A stretch of DNA of 64,000 nt from Eubacteriales bacterium (GCA_045580165.1 JAZNNG010000059.1:6941-70940), one strand, 5' to 3'. Counted from the stretch's first letter, positions 19,540-28,208 are shown. Numbers and translations are program-made. The notes: a model not told the origin generated them from the sequence alone.

Positions 19540-20208
19540 ATGAAGCTTACACTTCTCGACTATCCCGGAAAAGTCGCCTGCACGGTGTTTTTACAAGGCT
19601 GCAACTTCAGGTGTCCCTTCTGTCACAACGCTTCTCTCGTCAGATGCGACGGCGACACTATGGGGACCGAAGAATTTCTTAAATTTATAAAGAGCCGCTT
19701 CGGCATACTCGACGGGGTTTGCGTGACGGGCGGCGAGCCGACTCTTTACCCGGATCTTTACGACTTTATAAAGGAAATAAAGTCGGTTGGCTATTCGGTA
19801 AAGCTCGACACCAACGGCACGAATCCCGAGATGCTTAAAAAGCTTATCGGTGATGGTCTTGTTGACTTCGTAGCGATGGATATAAAGAATTCCCCCTCAA
19901 AGTATCCGCTGACCTGCGGAGCTGACGTTGATCTTGGCAAAATACGCGAGAGCATAGAGCTTCTTATGAGCTCGGGTATCGCGTTCGAGTTCAGGACCAC
20001 GGTCGTGAAGGAGCTTCACTCGGATGCAGACTTCGAGGAGATCGGAGAATTCATAAAGGGCGCACCCAGATATTTTCTTCAGTGCTTCAAGGACTCGGGC
20101 GATATAATCGCAGACGGAATGTCAGCCCCCTCGGAAAGCGATATGAAAAGATATCTTTCAATTATAAAAAAATATATACCCTCCGCTAAGTTACGCGGAA
20201 TAGACTAA
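19540..20208 (+). CDS. nrdG: anaerobic ribonucleoside-triphosphate reductase activating protein (radical SAM)
   Basis: MKLTLLDYPGKVACTVFLQGCNFRCPFCHN contains the CxxxCxxC cluster. The ORF-track start at 19477 (TTG) lies in the operator, so ATG 19540 is preferred. Confidence 0.9.
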   Translation: MKLTLLDYPGKVACTVFLQGCNFRCPFCHNASLVRCDGDTMGTEEFLKFIKSRFGILDGVCVTGGEPTLYPDLYDFIKEIKSVGYSVKLDTNGTNPEMLKKLIGDGLVDFVAMDIKNSPSKYPLTCGADVDLGKIRESIELLMSSGIAFEFRTTVVKELHSDADFEEIGEFIKGAPRYFLQCFKDSGDIIADGMSAPSESDMKRYLSIIKKYIPSAKLRGID

Positions 20209-20237
20209 CACAGTTAATAAATTTTAAGGAGAATAAT

Positions 20238-22634
20238 ATGTATCAGGTTCAGAAAAGAGGCGGAAAGGTTGTAGATTTCAACCTCTCCAAGATTTCCGAA
20301 GCTATCACACAAGCTTTTGAAGCTCAGGAAGTACAGTATCATCCAAGCGTTATAGATCTTCTCGCTCTTAAGGTTACGGCAGATTTCGAACCCAAGATTA
20401 AGGAAGGTCTTATAGCGGTCGAGGACATTCAGGACAGCGTTGAGTCTGTTCTTGTTCAGGCAGGCTATGCAGAAGTTGCAAAGGCTTACATCCTTTACAG
20501 AAAGCAGCACGAAAAGCTCCGTAATATGAAGTCGACCATTCTCGACTACAAGGAGATAGTTGACAACTACGTTAAGATAAACGACTGGAGAGTTAAGGAA
20601 AACTCCACCGTTACCTACTCGGTCGGCGGTCTTATCCTCTCTAACTCCGGTGCTATCACAGCGAACTACTGGCTTTCCGAGGTTTACGACGAGGAGATCG
20701 CAAACGCTCACAGAAATGCCGACATCCATATTCACGACCTCTCTATGCTCACAGGCTACTGTGCAGGTTGGTCGCTTAAGCAGCTTATCAAGGAGGGTCT
20801 CGGCGGCGTTACGGGCAAGATCACCTCTGCTCCCGCAAAGCACCTCGCTACCCTCTGTAACCAGATGGTAAACTTCCTCGGTATTATGCAGAACGAGTGG
20901 GCTGGCGCTCAGGCGTTCTCGTCATTCGACACATACCTCGCTCCCTTCGTTAAGGCTGACAACTTAAGCTACGATCAGGTGAAGAAGTGCATCGAATCCT
21001 TCATCTACGGCGTTAACACACCGTCGAGATGGGGTACTCAGGCTCCCTTCTCCAACATCACTCTCGACTGGACTGTTCCGAACGACCTTGCAGAGCTCAA
21101 CGCTATCGTTGGCGGCAAGGAAATGGACTTCAAGTACAAGGATTGTAAGGCTGAAATGGACCTCGTAAACCGCGCGTTCATCGAAACAATGATCGAGGGC
21201 GACGCTCACGGACGCGGATTCCAGTATCCTATCCCCACATACTCCATCACAAGAGACTTTGACTGGTCCGAAACAGAAAACAACAAGCTCCTCTTTGAGA
21301 TGACCTCAAAGTACGGAACTCCTTACTTCTCTAACTACATCAACAGCGATATGGAGCCCAGCGACATCAGAAGTATGTGCTGCCGTCTCCGTCTTGACCT
21401 CAGAGAGCTCAGAAAGAAGTCGGGCGGCTTCTTCGGAAGCGGTGAGAGCACCGGTTCTGTCGGCGTTGTTACCATCAATATGCCGCGTATTGCTTATCTT
21501 GCAGAGGACAAGGAAGACTTCTTCCGCCGTCTTGACCGTATGATGGACATCTCGGCTCGCTCGCTCAAGGTTAAGAGAACAGTTATCTCCAAGCTCCTTG
21601 ACGAAGGTCTCTATCCTTACACAAAGAGATACCTCGGCACGTTTGCTAACCACTTCTCGACCATCGGTCTCGTTGGTATGAACGAGGTTGGTCTCAACGC
21701 TAAGTGGATCGGCAAGGATATGACTCACCCCGAAACTCAGGAATTCACTAAGGAAGTCCTCAACCATATGAGAGAAAAGCTCTCCGACTATCAGGAAATG
21801 TACGGCGACCTTTACAATCTCGAGGCTACTCCCGCAGAATCCACCGCTTACCGTCTTGCAAAGCACGACAGAAAGCGTTTCCCTGCTATCAAGACAGCAA
21901 CAGAGGGCGACGAGACACCTTACTACACCAACTCCTCGCACCTCCCCGTTGGCTACACCGACGATATCTTCTCTGCTCTTGATATTCAGGACGATCTCCA
22001 GACACTTTACACCTCGGGTACAGTATTCCACGCATTCCTCGGTGAAAAGCTTCCCGACTGGAAGGCAGCTGCTTCGCTCGTTCGCAAGATCGCAGAAAAC
22101 TACAAGCTTCCTTACTACACACTCTCTCCCACGTACTCTGTATGCCGCAACCACGGTTATATCTCGGGCGAGGTTTACGAGTGCCCGCATTGCGGAGAGG
22201 CTACCGAAGTCTACAGCCGTATCACAGGCTACTACCGTCCCGTTAAGAACTGGAACGACGGTAAGAGTCAGGAATTTAAGGACAGAGTGGTTTACAACGC
22301 AGCAAGCTCTATGGCGAAAAAGGGCTACACAATGACCTCCTTCGCTGACGCAAAGGACGCAGCTCCCGCAGAGGCTTGCAAGTGCGAGGGCGCTCCCGAG
22401 TCTCTCACCCTTTTCACCACAAAGACCTGCCCCAACTGCAGAATGGCAAAGTCATTCCTTGACAAAGCAGGTATCCCTTACGACGTGGTAATTGCGGACG
22501 AAGACGTTGAAACCGCGCAGAAGTTCGAGATCCGTCAGGCTCCCACACTCGTTGTGGAAAACGACGGCAAGCTCGAGAAGATAGTAAATCTTTCCAACAT
22601 CAAGAAGTTTATCGAAGACCTGCAGAACGCATAA
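20238..22634 (+). CDS. nrdD: anaerobic (class III) ribonucleoside-triphosphate reductase with C-terminal thioredoxin/glutaredoxin-like domain
   Basis: ATP-cone-like N-terminus, SMCCRLRLD active-site region, C-terminal Zn site (CRNH...CPHC), and glycyl-radical motif RITGYYRPV. An extra roughly 76-aa CPNC thioredoxin-fold domain follows (nt 22404-22631). Confidence 0.93.
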   Translation: MYQVQKRGGKVVDFNLSKISEAITQAFEAQEVQYHPSVIDLLALKVTADFEPKIKEGLIAVEDIQDSVESVLVQAGYAEVAKAYILYRKQHEKLRNMKSTILDYKEIVDNYVKINDWRVKENSTVTYSVGGLILSNSGAITANYWLSEVYDEEIANAHRNADIHIHDLSMLTGYCAGWSLKQLIKEGLGGVTGKITSAPAKHLATLCNQMVNFLGIMQNEWAGAQAFSSFDTYLAPFVKADNLSYDQVKKCIESFIYGVNTPSRWGTQAPFSNITLDWTVPNDLAELNAIVGGKEMDFKYKDCKAEMDLVNRAFIETMIEGDAHGRGFQYPIPTYSITRDFDWSETENNKLLFEMTSKYGTPYFSNYINSDMEPSDIRSMCCRLRLDLRELRKKSGGFFGSGESTGSVGVVTINMPRIAYLAEDKEDFFRRLDRMMDISARSLKVKRTVISKLLDEGLYPYTKRYLGTFANHFSTIGLVGMNEVGLNAKWIGKDMTHPETQEFTKEVLNHMREKLSDYQEMYGDLYNLEATPAESTAYRLAKHDRKRFPAIKTATEGDETPYYTNSSHLPVGYTDDIFSALDIQDDLQTLYTSGTVFHAFLGEKLPDWKAAASLVRKIAENYKLPYYTLSPTYSVCRNHGYISGEVYECPHCGEATEVYSRITGYYRPVKNWNDGKSQEFKDRVVYNAASSMAKKGYTMTSFADAKDAAPAEACKCEGAPESLTLFTTKTCPNCRMAKSFLDKAGIPYDVVIADEDVETAQKFEIRQAPTLVVENDGKLEKIVNLSNIKKFIEDLQNA

Positions 22635-22642
22635 AAAAAAAC

Positions 22643-22669
22643 AAAAGCGGGACGAAAAGTCCCGCTTTT
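22643..22669 (+). terminator. rho-independent terminator
   Basis: AAAAGCGGGAC-GAAAA-GTCCCGCTTTT. Confidence 0.8.
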
Positions 22670-22711
22670 GCTTAATTTTGATTTTCTCCTTTGATGGCTA
22701 CGTCAATTAAA

Positions 22712-22783
22712 GGGGCGAACTGTGTTCGCCCGAAAATATTGAATATACTTGTTTGGGCGGGCGAACACATTTCGCCCCTACAG
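22712..22783. repeat. pair of inverted REP-like GC-rich hairpins
   Basis: GGGGCGAACTGTGTTCGCCCG (22712-22732) and GGGCGGGCGAACACATTTCGCCCCTACAG (22755-22783). The arms are reverse complements with one mismatch, and each is itself a hairpin. Confidence 0.7.
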
Positions 22784-22825
22784 ATGCTTTGGTTGAACCG
22801 ATAATTCATTTTGAAAGGACAAAAA

Positions 22826-23734
22826 ATGTACGACGTAACAGTAGTGGGCGCAGGCCCTGCCGGAATGACCGCCGCGATATACGCGCTCAGATTTGGCAAA
22901 AGTGTTCTTGTTATTGAAAAAAACACCTTCGGCGGTCAGATAACCTTCTCGCCCAAGGTTGAAAATTATCCCGGTTATAAAGAAATGAGCGGTAACGAAT
23001 TTGCCGACAAGCTTATGGACCAGGTAATGTCGCTCGGCGGCGAGATCGAGCTTGACGAGGTAACAGAGGTAGTACCGGGTGACAGCTTTACGGTCAAGTG
23101 CGCGTCGGGCGCCGAATTTGAGTCAAAGACGGTCATCATCGCCGCAGGCTCAAAGCACCGTCAGCTCGGACTTGACAAGGAAAACAAGCTTGTAGGCAAC
23201 GGTATTTCCTACTGCGCGGTATGCGACGGCGCCTTCTACAAGGGCAAGAGGGTCGCGGTTATCGGCGGCGGTAACACCGCGCTTCAGGAGGCGGTCATGC
23301 TTTCGGACATTTGCAAAAGCGTGACTATCGTGCAGAATCTCCCCACTCTCACGGGAGAAAAAAAGCTTGCCGAGATTCTTGAGGCAAAAGACAACGTGTC
23401 GATGATATTTAATTCCACCGTAACGTCTCTCGAGGGCGACTCGGAGCTGACAGGTATCAGAATCAAGGGTGCAGACGGCGCTGAGCAGACTTTGACGCTT
23501 GACGGAATTTTCGTCGCTATCGGTCAGGCTCCCGAAAACAAGCCGTTTGAGAATCTTTGTGACCTCAATGACTACGGCTACATAAACGCAGACGAGTCCT
23601 GTCTGCTCTCGACTCCCGGCGTATTCGTTGCAGGCGACTGCCGCACCAAGTCGGTGCGTCAGATAGCCACCGCCGTGGGTGACGGTGCTATTGCCGCGGT
23701 AAACGCGTGCAAGTATATTGATGCGAAGAACTGA
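22826..23734 (+). CDS. trxB: thioredoxin-disulfide reductase
   Basis: YDVTVVGAGPAGMTAAIYA FAD motif, CAVCDG redox centre, and GGGNTA NADPH motif. AAAGGA SD before the ATG at 22826. Confidence 0.92.
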   Translation: MYDVTVVGAGPAGMTAAIYALRFGKSVLVIEKNTFGGQITFSPKVENYPGYKEMSGNEFADKLMDQVMSLGGEIELDEVTEVVPGDSFTVKCASGAEFESKTVIIAAGSKHRQLGLDKENKLVGNGISYCAVCDGAFYKGKRVAVIGGGNTALQEAVMLSDICKSVTIVQNLPTLTGEKKLAEILEAKDNVSMIFNSTVTSLEGDSELTGIRIKGADGAEQTLTLDGIFVAIGQAPENKPFENLCDLNDYGYINADESCLLSTPGVFVAGDCRTKSVRQIATAVGDGAIAAVNACKYIDAKN

Positions 23735-23796
23735 TAAAAAGAGCGTGGCTTAAAGCGTAATGTTATTATAGGAGAAATTACAAATAAATTTTTTCG

Positions 23797-23842
23797 TAGG
23801 GTTGAGGCTCGACTTGCGAAGCAACGTCATCTCCCGCCGCGT
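23797..23842. repeat. possible degenerate REP-like element (GTAGGG...CCCGCC)
   Basis: CGTAGGGTTGAGGCTCGACTTGCGAAGCAACGTCATCTCCCGCCGCG has the same end motifs as the 22755-22783 copy read on the opposite strand, but a weak internal stem. Confidence 0.3.
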
Positions 23843-23845
23843 ATA

Positions 23846-23884
23846 AAAATCCCCGACAGATCTTAAAAATCTGTCGGGGATTTT
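23846..23884. terminator. bidirectional terminator
   Basis: AAAATCCCCGACAGAT-CTTAAAA-ATCTGTCGGGGATTTT lies between convergent genes. Confidence 0.85.
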
Positions 23885-23907
23885 ATTCTGCTCAGTAAAA
23901 TGGGGTT

Positions 23908-24231
23908 TTACATTCTGATTTCGGTTTCGAAAAATCGTTCTTGAAAGTCAACTTGATGCAAAATCTCATCCTTGGAGAAATATACTCCCTCCTGCGCTAC
24001 AACCCATTTTTCTTCCACGTCATCAAATCTGTGAATGATAGCAATTACTTTGCCGTAAAACTCTTTAATAGGCTCGTTTACACCGAGTATATATGCATCT
24101 TGTTCTTCGCCATCAGCGGCTATAACTCCTTCTACATAACCGTAGTTGACTGAGTAACAGATATCTTTATGCTTTGGATGATGTGTTCCTAAAGGTCGGT
24201 CAACAATCACCTTGACAACTTTTCCTAACAT
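23908..24231 (-). CDS. small inorganic-pyrophosphatase-like protein
   Basis: VIVDRPLGTHHPKH...YSVNYGYVEGVIAADGEEQDAYILGV...IAIIHRFDDVEEKWVV resembles the short PPase-family proteins of Firmicutes. GAGGT SD before ATG 24231. Confidence 0.6.
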   Translation of the reverse strand: MLGKVVKVIVDRPLGTHHPKHKDICYSVNYGYVEGVIAADGEEQDAYILGVNEPIKEFYGKVIAIIHRFDDVEEKWVVAQEGVYFSKDEILHQVDFQERFFETEIRM

Positions 24232-24316
24232 TTTGAACCTCGTCAAATTCTTGTTTATCGACGGTTTCGCCTTTGTATTACAAAGGGTCTATACCCCAAA
24301 ATGTACGCGTATCCAA

Positions 24317-24451
24317 GGCTCCCTCCGGGAGGGAGCTGTCAGCGAAGCTGATTGAGGGAGAACGCGAGGCTTGGGTTTTGTCTGACAAAATCCATCACCA
24401 CGAAGGCTCCTTCCGCCGCTATCGCGGTCCCCCTCCCTCTCGGAGGGAGAC
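24317..24451. repeat. MITE-like element with palindromic ends (family copy 1)
   Basis: Left end GCTCCCTCC-G-GGAGGGAGC followed by TGTCAGCGAAGCTGATTGAGGGAG. Right end CTCCTTCCGCCGCTATCGCGGTCCCCCTCCCTCTCGGAGGGAG. The ends are imperfect inverted repeats, and the right arm is shared with 38929-38976. Confidence 0.65.
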
Positions 24452-24455
24452 TAAA

Positions 24456-24719
24456 TTATTCCTCAACACATCCGGCTTTCTTTACGTCTGCGAGGAAAAG
24501 GTCAACGCCGTTTGCGGCGTCGGCTTCGCTTACCTCGTATTCCTCGAGAAGCGCCGCTATAAGCTCTTCTCTCGTTGCGCCAAGTGTGAGCTTATCCCAG
24601 AGGAAGTTGCTCGTTTCGTTGAGCTTTATCATTCCGTTAAAGCCGTTTGCAGGATCAACGGACACCACTACGTGCGAGCCTGCTACCTCGCGCTTTACAA
24701 ATCCGTTTTTGATTTTCAT
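24456..24719 (-). CDS. PqqD-family (RRE-like) small protein
   Basis: MKIKNGFVKREVAGSHVVV...FNGMIKLNETSNFLWDKL..TREELIAALLEEYEVSEADAANGVDLFLADVKKAGCVEE matches the stand-alone PqqD-like pattern. GAGGT SD. Confidence 0.7.
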   Translation of the reverse strand: MKIKNGFVKREVAGSHVVVSVDPANGFNGMIKLNETSNFLWDKLTLGATREELIAALLEEYEVSEADAANGVDLFLADVKKAGCVEE

Positions 24720-24730
24720 TTTATTACCTC

Positions 24731-25033
24731 TCATTTTATAAATATTTCAAGCAAAAGAACTATCGCACAGCTCGACAGCGCCACTCTGAAAAGGTCGAGT
24801 CCAAACCACGCCGCGAGTATTCCCACGATAAGCGCCGCGAGTCCCGAAATGGGGCTTTGTGTCGCTTTCACTATTGCGGGAAAGGTCATTGTTGCAAGTG
24901 TTACGTATGGGACGTAGTAGAGGAACGAGCGAAGGAATCTGCTCTTTATCTGTCCTCTGATGAGTGTCAGCGGCGTTACTCTTATCAGAAACGTGACCGC
25001 CGCCATTATAAATATGTAAATATACGTGTTCAT
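24731..25033 (-). CDS. azlD: branched-chain amino acid transport protein AzlD
   Basis: 100 aa with about 3 TM helices. The IFIMAAVTFLIRVTPLTL motif is present. The start overlaps the azlC stop. Confidence 0.85.
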   Translation of the reverse strand: MNTYIYIFIMAAVTFLIRVTPLTLIRGQIKSRFLRSFLYYVPYVTLATMTFPAIVKATQSPISGLAALIVGILAAWFGLDLFRVALSSCAIVLLLEIFIK

Positions 25034-25776
25034 CCCTCTGCCTCCTCACTCTCGTTTCTTGGAAACAGAAGCGCCGCCGCGGCAGCAATTATTACCGTGA
25101 GGATTATCGTTCTCGTACCGTCTGCAAGACCGCTGACGAACGGGGTCTTGGTGGCGGCAAAGCTTGCCGCAAAGCATATCGGAACTATCGCCATTATGAC
25201 CTTATCTTTACGTGCGGGCGGTATTATTACTGCGAGGAACATTCCGTAAAGCGCCACGCTGAACGCGCTTACGAGTCTGACGGGCAAAAGATTTCCCGCT
25301 ATTACTCCGAGTGCCGTTCCCGTTGCCCAGAACGGAATTGACGTCACCATTGCGCCGTAGGTGTAGACGGGGTTAATATACCCCGGTCGCGCTATGGTGA
25401 TACCAAAGACCTCGTCGGTGATATCAAAGCCCACCACAAGTCTGTGCAAGAGCGACGTGCCCGGAGCCATTCTCTGACTCAGCGCGCAGCTCATAAGCAA
25501 ATAGCGCATATTTGCAATAAACGTGGCTATCGCCATCTCAATATAGCTCGCACCTGCGGCGATTATTGTAAAGCCGACGTATTCGCCTGCCGAGGCGTTA
25601 CAGAGCAGACTGACGAGAAAGCCCTGCGCGGCTGAAAGTCCTGCCGAACGCGCCGCAATTCCGAGCGAAAACGATACCGCAAGGTATCCGAGTCCTATCG
25701 GCAGACCGTTTCTCATACCTCTTATAAAGAGGGCTCTGTTTTCCCCTTCCTTCAAGCTGTATCTTATCTTTTCCAT
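25030..25776 (-). CDS. azlC: AzlC-family branched-chain amino acid permease subunit
   Basis: FIRGMRNGLPIGLGYLAVSFSLGIAA is an AzlC N-terminal signature. Polytopic. The start is chosen at MEKIRYSL (25776); the ORF track extends to 25869. Confidence 0.85.
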   Translation of the reverse strand: MEKIRYSLKEGENRALFIRGMRNGLPIGLGYLAVSFSLGIAARSAGLSAAQGFLVSLLCNASAGEYVGFTIIAAGASYIEMAIATFIANMRYLLMSCALSQRMAPGTSLLHRLVVGFDITDEVFGITIARPGYINPVYTYGAMVTSIPFWATGTALGVIAGNLLPVRLVSAFSVALYGMFLAVIIPPARKDKVIMAIVPICFAASFAATKTPFVSGLADGTRTIILTVIIAAAAALLFPRNESEEAEG

Positions 25777-25895
25777 TCTTTTCCGTTTCAGACCATTGAC
25801 AAATTTTATCTTTAGGATTAAAATATAACTACTTCTTATAATGTTACCACAAGCGCCGTCTTTAGTCAAGCGGATTTGCTTAAATTTGAGGTTTT

Positions 25896-26564
25896 ATGGA
25901 AATACTGTGTAACGACAAGGACATCACCGTTGCCGTCAAGGAGCCGTCTCTTTTATCTCAGGCTGAGCCGACGGGCAACAATATATTATCTAAGCTGAAC
26001 GAATACTACGCAGAGTCGGGTGAAAGCTCCGAGGCTTTTCCCATTCACAGGCTTGACCGCGGTGTCGGCGGTGTTATGGTGTTTGCAAAGAATCAGAAAT
26101 CTGCCGCCGTCCTCTCGAGGGCGGTTGCCGACAGAACGCTTGACAAGGAGTATCTTGCGGTAATTATCGGCTCGCCCGAGGAGGATGTGGGAGTATACAA
26201 GGACCTTTTATTTAAGGATTCGTCAAAAAACCGTTCGTACGTTGTCCAAAGGAAGCGCGCGGGTGTTAGAGAAGCGTCGCTCGAATACAAGGTCATTGAC
26301 CGCGCAGAATATGAAAACGAGAATCTGACGCTTGTTCTCATCAAGCTCCACACGGGCAGAACGCATCAGATAAGAGTTCAGTTTTCGTCACGAAAAACGC
26401 CTCTTTTCGGTGACAAAAAGTATGGAGGTCGCGGTACGGGTGGAATCGGTCTTTGGTCGTACAGGCTGACGTTCACGCACCCCGAGACAAACAAGCGCGA
26501 GATATACTCTAAGCTCCCGACGGGCGGCGTATGGGACGCATTTGACCAAAGCAAGATCAAGTAA
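25896..26564 (+). CDS. RluA-family pseudouridine synthase
   Basis: HRLDRGVGGVMVFAKN catalytic-Asp motif, HTGRTHQIRVQF motif, and no S4 domain. Confidence 0.85.
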   Translation: MEILCNDKDITVAVKEPSLLSQAEPTGNNILSKLNEYYAESGESSEAFPIHRLDRGVGGVMVFAKNQKSAAVLSRAVADRTLDKEYLAVIIGSPEEDVGVYKDLLFKDSSKNRSYVVQRKRAGVREASLEYKVIDRAEYENENLTLVLIKLHTGRTHQIRVQFSSRKTPLFGDKKYGGRGTGGIGLWSYRLTFTHPETNKREIYSKLPTGGVWDAFDQSKIK

Positions 26565-26589
26565 AAAGAGAACGGAAACCGTTCTCTTT
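26565..26589. terminator. bidirectional terminator
   Basis: AAAGAGAACGG-AAA-CCGTTCTCTTT followed by a T-run, between convergent genes. Confidence 0.85.
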
Positions 26590-26595
26590 TTTCTT

Positions 26596-28149
26596 TTAGT
26601 TTACGAGTATCGCGAAAATATTTATAGTTTCGGTATAGAGAGTCTTTTCAGAGCATCTGATTTCAAGTGTATGCTCACCGTATTCAAGACCTGACTCAAG
26701 CATAACCTTTTCCTTAATTACAGGAGCACGAAGACTCTTTTCTATCCAGTCTCCGCCGTCAATTCTGTACTCGATTATGCCGGCTTTGCTCGAAAGCGAA
26801 GCATATATGCTTATCTCGTCTCCAACGAACTTGCAGTTGAGAGAAGCTCCCGGAGTGTTAGTTTTGATAGTACCGCTTTCCGTCCAATCGGAGCTGTACT
26901 CTGTATCCCTTGCATAAATAAGGTATGAGTCGGTTCTGTCGTGCGCCGATTTCATTTTTTCGGGAAGAAGCTTTTCGCCCGACTCTGACGCGTCAACATC
27001 ACTCCAGATGTTAGAGAAGAGCTCCTTAAGCGGCGCGGTCAGTATTTCGTATCCCTTGTCCGTGGGGTGTTGTCCGTCATAAATATAGTCGGTTGATTCA
27101 AAATTGTTTTCCTTTATATAATCAAGCAGGGTAGCTCCGAAATATACCGAGTTTATGTTATAATACTTCGCAAGCTCCTCATGTACCTCTATAGAGGTTG
27201 TTGTACGGGTCATATCGGCGGTCTGTGTATAAACCATAACTATATCTGCTTCGGGATTATGCTTGTAAATTTTCCTGATTATGGTTTCATAATACTCCGT
27301 AACGGATTCTTTCGTAACCCTGTAGTCCTTGTATTTGCTACCAAAGTGGTTGTCATTCGCCGCAAACTCAATGAATACGAGGTCGGGATCGTGGGCAAGA
27401 ACGTCACTATTGACTCTGTACGCGCCGTAAGACGAGCCGGTACCACCGATTCCCGCTTTTACCATCTTAATATCAGCATCGGGGTACTGCTCCTTCAGCC
27501 ATGCATCTATCATCGTACGCCAGCAGTTATTTTCGTAGTTGCGTCCAAGGGTAATAGAGCCGCCGAGATATGCAACGGTAAGCTCTTTATCTTTCGTGAG
27601 CTTGTTATACGAATTAACAAGGTTTTCTCTGTAATTTATATAATCATCATATTCGTGAAGCTGATTCACCGTGTCATACACCTCTCTTGCAAACAGGGTC
27701 GCCCACGGCTTTCCCTCCCCGTCAACGTAATAATCAACAAGATATCCAAGCTTTTCAAAATCGCGTATCTTTATAAAGGTAGTTCCGTCAACGAGAATTC
27801 CCGTCATATCGATCTTATTCTCGCCGCGTACCACGTAGGCTTTACCGAGCACGGGATCCCAGTCAACAAGCTCGCCGAGGCGTTCGCATATCTTTCTCAT
27901 GGGAAGATACATACTGCCGCCGATATTGTGAAAATCGTAAAGTCCGTCATCAAAATTTGATTCCGCCTCGCCAACGGGTCTTACAAAAGCCTGCGCCTGA
28001 CCCGACTCGCCGTGCCAGGTTATCTTCATTGCGACGGGAGGGTTTTCAGCTCTCTCCTGTGTCATATACTCACCTGCCGCAAGCGTGCAAAGAGAAAGAA
28101 GCATAACACAGACAAGCATCGCGGCTGCAAGCTTTATATAAATTCTCAT
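26596..28149 (-). CDS. secreted SGNH/GDSL-type esterase with N-terminal copper-amine-oxidase-like (stalk) domain
   Basis: Signal peptide. YDFHNIGGSMYLPMRKICERLGELVDWD stalk-like domain. SGNH blocks YLGGSITLG, GIGGTGS, FAANDN, DGQHPTDKGY. C-terminal beta-rich module. Confidence 0.85.
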   Translation of the reverse strand: MRIYIKLAAAMLVCVMLLSLCTLAAGEYMTQERAENPPVAMKITWHGESGQAQAFVRPVGEAESNFDDGLYDFHNIGGSMYLPMRKICERLGELVDWDPVLGKAYVVRGENKIDMTGILVDGTTFIKIRDFEKLGYLVDYYVDGEGKPWATLFAREVYDTVNQLHEYDDYINYRENLVNSYNKLTKDKELTVAYLGGSITLGRNYENNCWRTMIDAWLKEQYPDADIKMVKAGIGGTGSSYGAYRVNSDVLAHDPDLVFIEFAANDNHFGSKYKDYRVTKESVTEYYETIIRKIYKHNPEADIVMVYTQTADMTRTTTSIEVHEELAKYYNINSVYFGATLLDYIKENNFESTDYIYDGQHPTDKGYEILTAPLKELFSNIWSDVDASESGEKLLPEKMKSAHDRTDSYLIYARDTEYSSDWTESGTIKTNTPGASLNCKFVGDEISIYASLSSKAGIIEYRIDGGDWIEKSLRAPVIKEKVMLESGLEYGEHTLEIRCSEKTLYTETINIFAILVN

Positions 28150-28208
28150 ATTTTCTCCTTTTGTACGGCAGGCGGACGCCCATCGGGTGCCCGCCCTATC
28201 GTGCTGAT

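Noticed and set aside
21306-22190. 294-aa minus-strand ORF inside nrdD
   Set aside because: It is a shadow ORF opposite a highly conserved gene and has no recognisable domain.
24273-24917. 214-aa plus-strand ORF (also 24352..24741)
   Set aside because: It runs through the MITE-like repeat and then antisense to the PqqD-like and azlD genes. Its peptide (PSGRELSAKLIEGERE...RYRGPPPSRRE) is a translation artefact of the repeat arms.
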